The translations under genes and the position numbers were made by a program. Below are positions 15,881 through 17,681 of a stretch of DNA of 17,681 nt, piece after piece. How positions within the stretch are numbered: the stretch's first letter is position 1; every line of letters starts with the position of its first letter. The stretch is from Chloroflexota bacterium (lineage in GTDB: Bacteria; Chloroflexota; Dehalococcoidia; Lucifugimonadales; JACQTT01). The stretch covers positions 1 to 17,681 of the forward strand of contig JACQTT010000013.1 in the NCBI GenBank assembly GCA_016210665.1, given 5' to 3'. The notes beneath the pieces were generated by a model, which did not search any database, had not been told where the DNA came from, and worked only from the letters and a program-made list of their open reading frames with translations.

Positions 15881-16603
15881 ATGGTGGGCGGCATGAACGC
15901 CCGCCTCGCACTCTACATAATTGGGACAATTCTTATCGTGCTAAGCGTCATCGAGAATGCGCTGCCGGAGGCTATCGGAGGCATACTTGCCGGGCTGCTT
16001 ACCATCTTCACAGTTGCTGTCCTATCGCATTGGCGCCTGCATCGCCCTTTCAATTTTAGATTCTCCCTTGACCCGTATCGTTTTAGTCCGCAACTAGTCA
16101 GGGAGCGCAAACATGCAACGCATTGGGAGATCGCAGTCAATCAGGAAGCGGAATTACTACTGAGAATCATGCCCAGGAAGGGAACTCACTTCACTCGCGT
16201 AGGCGTTCGCTGTGTGGAACGGTACTTCACATGGAGATGGGACATTCTGCGCCCGCGAGTTTGGGCATGGCGGAATGCTCCGACATCAGCAATTGAGATT
16301 AGAGCGGTGCGCGACATTGACTCCGAAAGCATCAATTCGGCGACCCACCAATTAGGTACGCAGTTCAGGACTTGGCCTGATGGCGTGGGTGGAATGTGGG
16401 GAGAATATCACCCACCTTACCATCGGACTATGGAGGACTCGTTATGGCTCTGCGTCAAGTTGGTCGCATACAGACCATGGACGGGGCACATATCCTTCCA
16501 GGGGCATATTGATGAGGACCATCGTGCCTATAGCCGTCGAGCGCTTTGGGCTATTGAGCAACCAGACGTTCATATGGCAAGTTATCACTGCCTAGAAGCC
16601 TAG
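15881..16603 (+). CDS. Hypothetical passenger protein inside the IS. It has an N-terminal 2-TM hairpin and a W/R/H-rich soluble domain of unknown function.
   Basis: A 240-aa ORF lying entirely between the inverted repeats. It has TM segments LALYIIGTILIVLSVI and IGGILAGLLTIFTVAVL and no recognisable family motif. Its 3' end overlaps the convergent transposase gene by 53 nt. The true start may be the second Met at 15893. Confidence 0.4.
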   Translation: MVGGMNARLALYIIGTILIVLSVIENALPEAIGGILAGLLTIFTVAVLSHWRLHRPFNFRFSLDPYRFSPQLVRERKHATHWEIAVNQEAELLLRIMPRKGTHFTRVGVRCVERYFTWRWDILRPRVWAWRNAPTSAIEIRAVRDIDSESINSATHQLGTQFRTWPDGVGGMWGEYHPPYHRTMEDSLWLCVKLVAYRPWTGHISFQGHIDEDHRAYSRRALWAIEQPDVHMASYHCLEA

Positions 16604-17441
16604 TGAGTGTATCCCGAAACAGATACGGGTTCTTGCGATTGTTGAACCGCCATTCTAATTCATCCAGGTAAGCATCAAGGTGTTTGGCAGAGAGCTTATG
16701 ATAAGAGCCAGTGATAGACCGCTTGAAGAGACTCCATACCCCTTCTACAGTGTTGGTGTGAACATCGCCCCTTACCCATTCCTCTGCCCGGTGATTTACC
16801 GTCTCATGGCTCGTATCCTCATCGGAAATCCCTCTGTATGCAGGCCATTCGTCCGTGATGATTCTCCGCACCCTGGGGTCTGTGCTATTGTGGATAAAAT
16901 CATGGAGTGTCTGCCTGTCATTGCCGTCAACGACCTGAAGAACAACATCCCCACCACGTTGCATCGCTCCTGCCACGATAGTCTTGTTACCTTTATAGCC
17001 ATGCCCCTTCCCTCGAACCTTCCCACCTATATAGGTCTCATCCACCTCGATAGTGCCAGAGAGAGTGTTTGCTTCGGCCATAGCAGCCCTTATCCTGTGG
17101 CAGAGATACCATGCTGTCTTGTAGGAGACTCCCAGGGTTCTCTTGACCTGATTGGCCGAGATACCCTTTTTGGCCTCGACCATCAGCAAGACAGCCATGA
17201 ACCACTTGCGGAGCGGGAGTTTGGTATCCTGGAAGATAGTCCCAGCAAGAGCGGTGAAGCCATAGCCACAGCCGTAGCAGTCATAGCGGTAGGTCTTGGA
17301 GTCGTAGCCATGTTTAGTACACTTGCATCGTGGACACTCTGCGCCATTTGGCCAGCGAAGCCGAGCAAGAGTATCATGGCAAATATCCTCCGAGTGGAAC
17401 ATCTCGGTGAGTTGGAGTAGGTCAATCTTTTTGGTAGGCAT
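16551..17441 (-). CDS. IS1595-family (ISXO2-like) DDE transposase with an N-terminal zinc-ribbon domain.
   Basis: The N-terminus reads LARLRWPNGAECPRCKCTKHGYDSKTYRYDCYGCGYGF (transposase zinc ribbon). The hallmark IS1595 motif TIEVDETYIGGK is present, with D, D and E residues spaced as in DDE_Tnp_IS1595. A strong AGGAGA SD sits 5 nt before the ATG. Confidence 0.9.
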   Translation of the reverse strand: MPTKKIDLLQLTEMFHSEDICHDTLARLRWPNGAECPRCKCTKHGYDSKTYRYDCYGCGYGFTALAGTIFQDTKLPLRKWFMAVLLMVEAKKGISANQVKRTLGVSYKTAWYLCHRIRAAMAEANTLSGTIEVDETYIGGKVRGKGHGYKGNKTIVAGAMQRGGDVVLQVVDGNDRQTLHDFIHNSTDPRVRRIITDEWPAYRGISDEDTSHETVNHRAEEWVRGDVHTNTVEGVWSLFKRSITGSYHKLSAKHLDAYLDELEWRFNNRKNPYLFRDTLTRLLGSDNLPYERLVAQ

Positions 17442-17453
17442 TGGAGTCTCCTA

Positions 17454-17621
17454 TGACTAAGCGTAAGAAGAAAGACGTAACTGAAATGACGACGGACGAA
17501 CTAGCCCGCCATGTATTCCCAAAGAAGGTTGTAGCTGAGCTAAAGCGGGTCGCTCATCAAGGAGATGAGAAGGACGATTCGGAGGGGAAACCTGAGCAAA
17601 GTGCATCATCACGCAGTTAGT
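17454..17621 (+). CDS. Possible small basic protein (55 aa) encoded divergently inside the transposase leader. Very tentative.
   Basis: ATG at 17454 preceded by GGAG (17443-17446). The translation is MTKRKKKDVTEMTTDELARHVFPKKVVAELKRVAHQGDEKDDSEGKPEQSASSRS. It is below the 60-aa cutoff of the ORF track and has no recognisable family. Confidence 0.2.
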
Positions 17622-17681
17622 GTATCACAGGTATTATACCCTGTCAAGTATATAAGCCCCCTTGTATCATTGGTTTAGAGG

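Larger units (their letters stand above)
15844..17661. mobile_element. IS1595-family transposable unit of about 1.8 kb with imperfect terminal inverted repeats. It carries a transposase and a passenger ORF.
   Basis: Left end 15844-15865 reads GGGGATTATATACTTGTCGGGG. Right end 17639-17661 reverse-complements to GGGGGCTTATATACTTGACAGGG. The 11-mer TTATATACTTG is identical in both, and about 20 of 23 positions match overall. The ends enclose the transposase (16551-17441), a 240-aa ORF and a 220-bp transposase leader. The element is visibly more AT-rich than the flanking DNA. No clear target-site duplication is seen. Confidence 0.6.

Noticed and set aside
16474-16520. GGGGCACATATCC and GGGGCATATTGATG near the transposase 3' end as alternative right-hand inverted repeats.
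   Set aside because: They match the 17639-17661 end only weakly (about 12 of 17 positions). The 15844-15865 sequence shares an identical 11-mer and flanking G-runs, which is far better.
1-17681. tRNA, rRNA or CRISPR content, and an NfeD partner for the flotillin.
   Set aside because: No tRNA-like T-arm or acceptor patterns and no regular short repeats were seen. No ORF with an NfeD-like architecture (membrane anchor plus C-terminal beta-barrel) lies next to the flotillin within the window.

Overview
The window is about 17.7 kb of bacterial chromosome with moderately high GC, strong AAGGAGG-type ribosome-binding sites and at least one GTG start. The lineage is not determinable from sequence alone. 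A lipoprotein signal peptide, a Pro/Thr-rich linker and a luciferase-like oxidoreductase are compatible with a Chloroflexota- or Actinomycetota-like organism, but this is a guess.

Genes, left to right:
- A partial membrane-protein gene runs off the window start on the minus strand (1-284).
- A flotillin/SPFH (YqiK/FloT-like) gene sits at 454-2148 (-).
- A decayed fragment of a second histidine-kinase gene lies at about 2358-2527.
- A polytopic membrane protein is encoded at 2572-3288 (-).
- A DesK/LiaS-type (HisKA_3) sensor kinase (3478-4722) and a NarL/LuxR-type response regulator (4719-5384) form an operon on the plus strand.
- An amidohydrolase (5620-7158 -) lies immediately downstream of a gluzincin metallopeptidase lipoprotein (7174-9036 -) that carries a Pro/Thr repeat linker.
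- A luciferase-like (LLM) flavin/F420-type oxidoreductase (9220-10263 +) and a PIG-L/LmbE-family deacetylase (10344-11051 +) follow.
- A PiT-family phosphate transporter (11095-12090 -) has a long leader.
- An overlapping gene pair encodes a DUF3999-like single-pass protein (12449-13774 -) and a DUF2339-like protein with a zinc ribbon plus many transmembrane helices (13743-15704 -).
- An IS1595-family transposable unit (about 15844-17661) has 22-23 bp terminal inverted repeats, a transposase (16551-17441 -) and a 240-aa passenger ORF.

The most unusual structure is an intergenic regulatory module of about 100-200 bp present three times (285-383, 2149-2357, 3289-3477). In two of the copies the module carries the ribosome-binding site and the first 30 codons of the downstream membrane gene. 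This places the flotillin and two paralogous membrane proteins behind the same motif-containing 5' region. Each copy carries the motif CAGGTGCA[A/G]ATGAGCTG at a fixed distance from the start codon.
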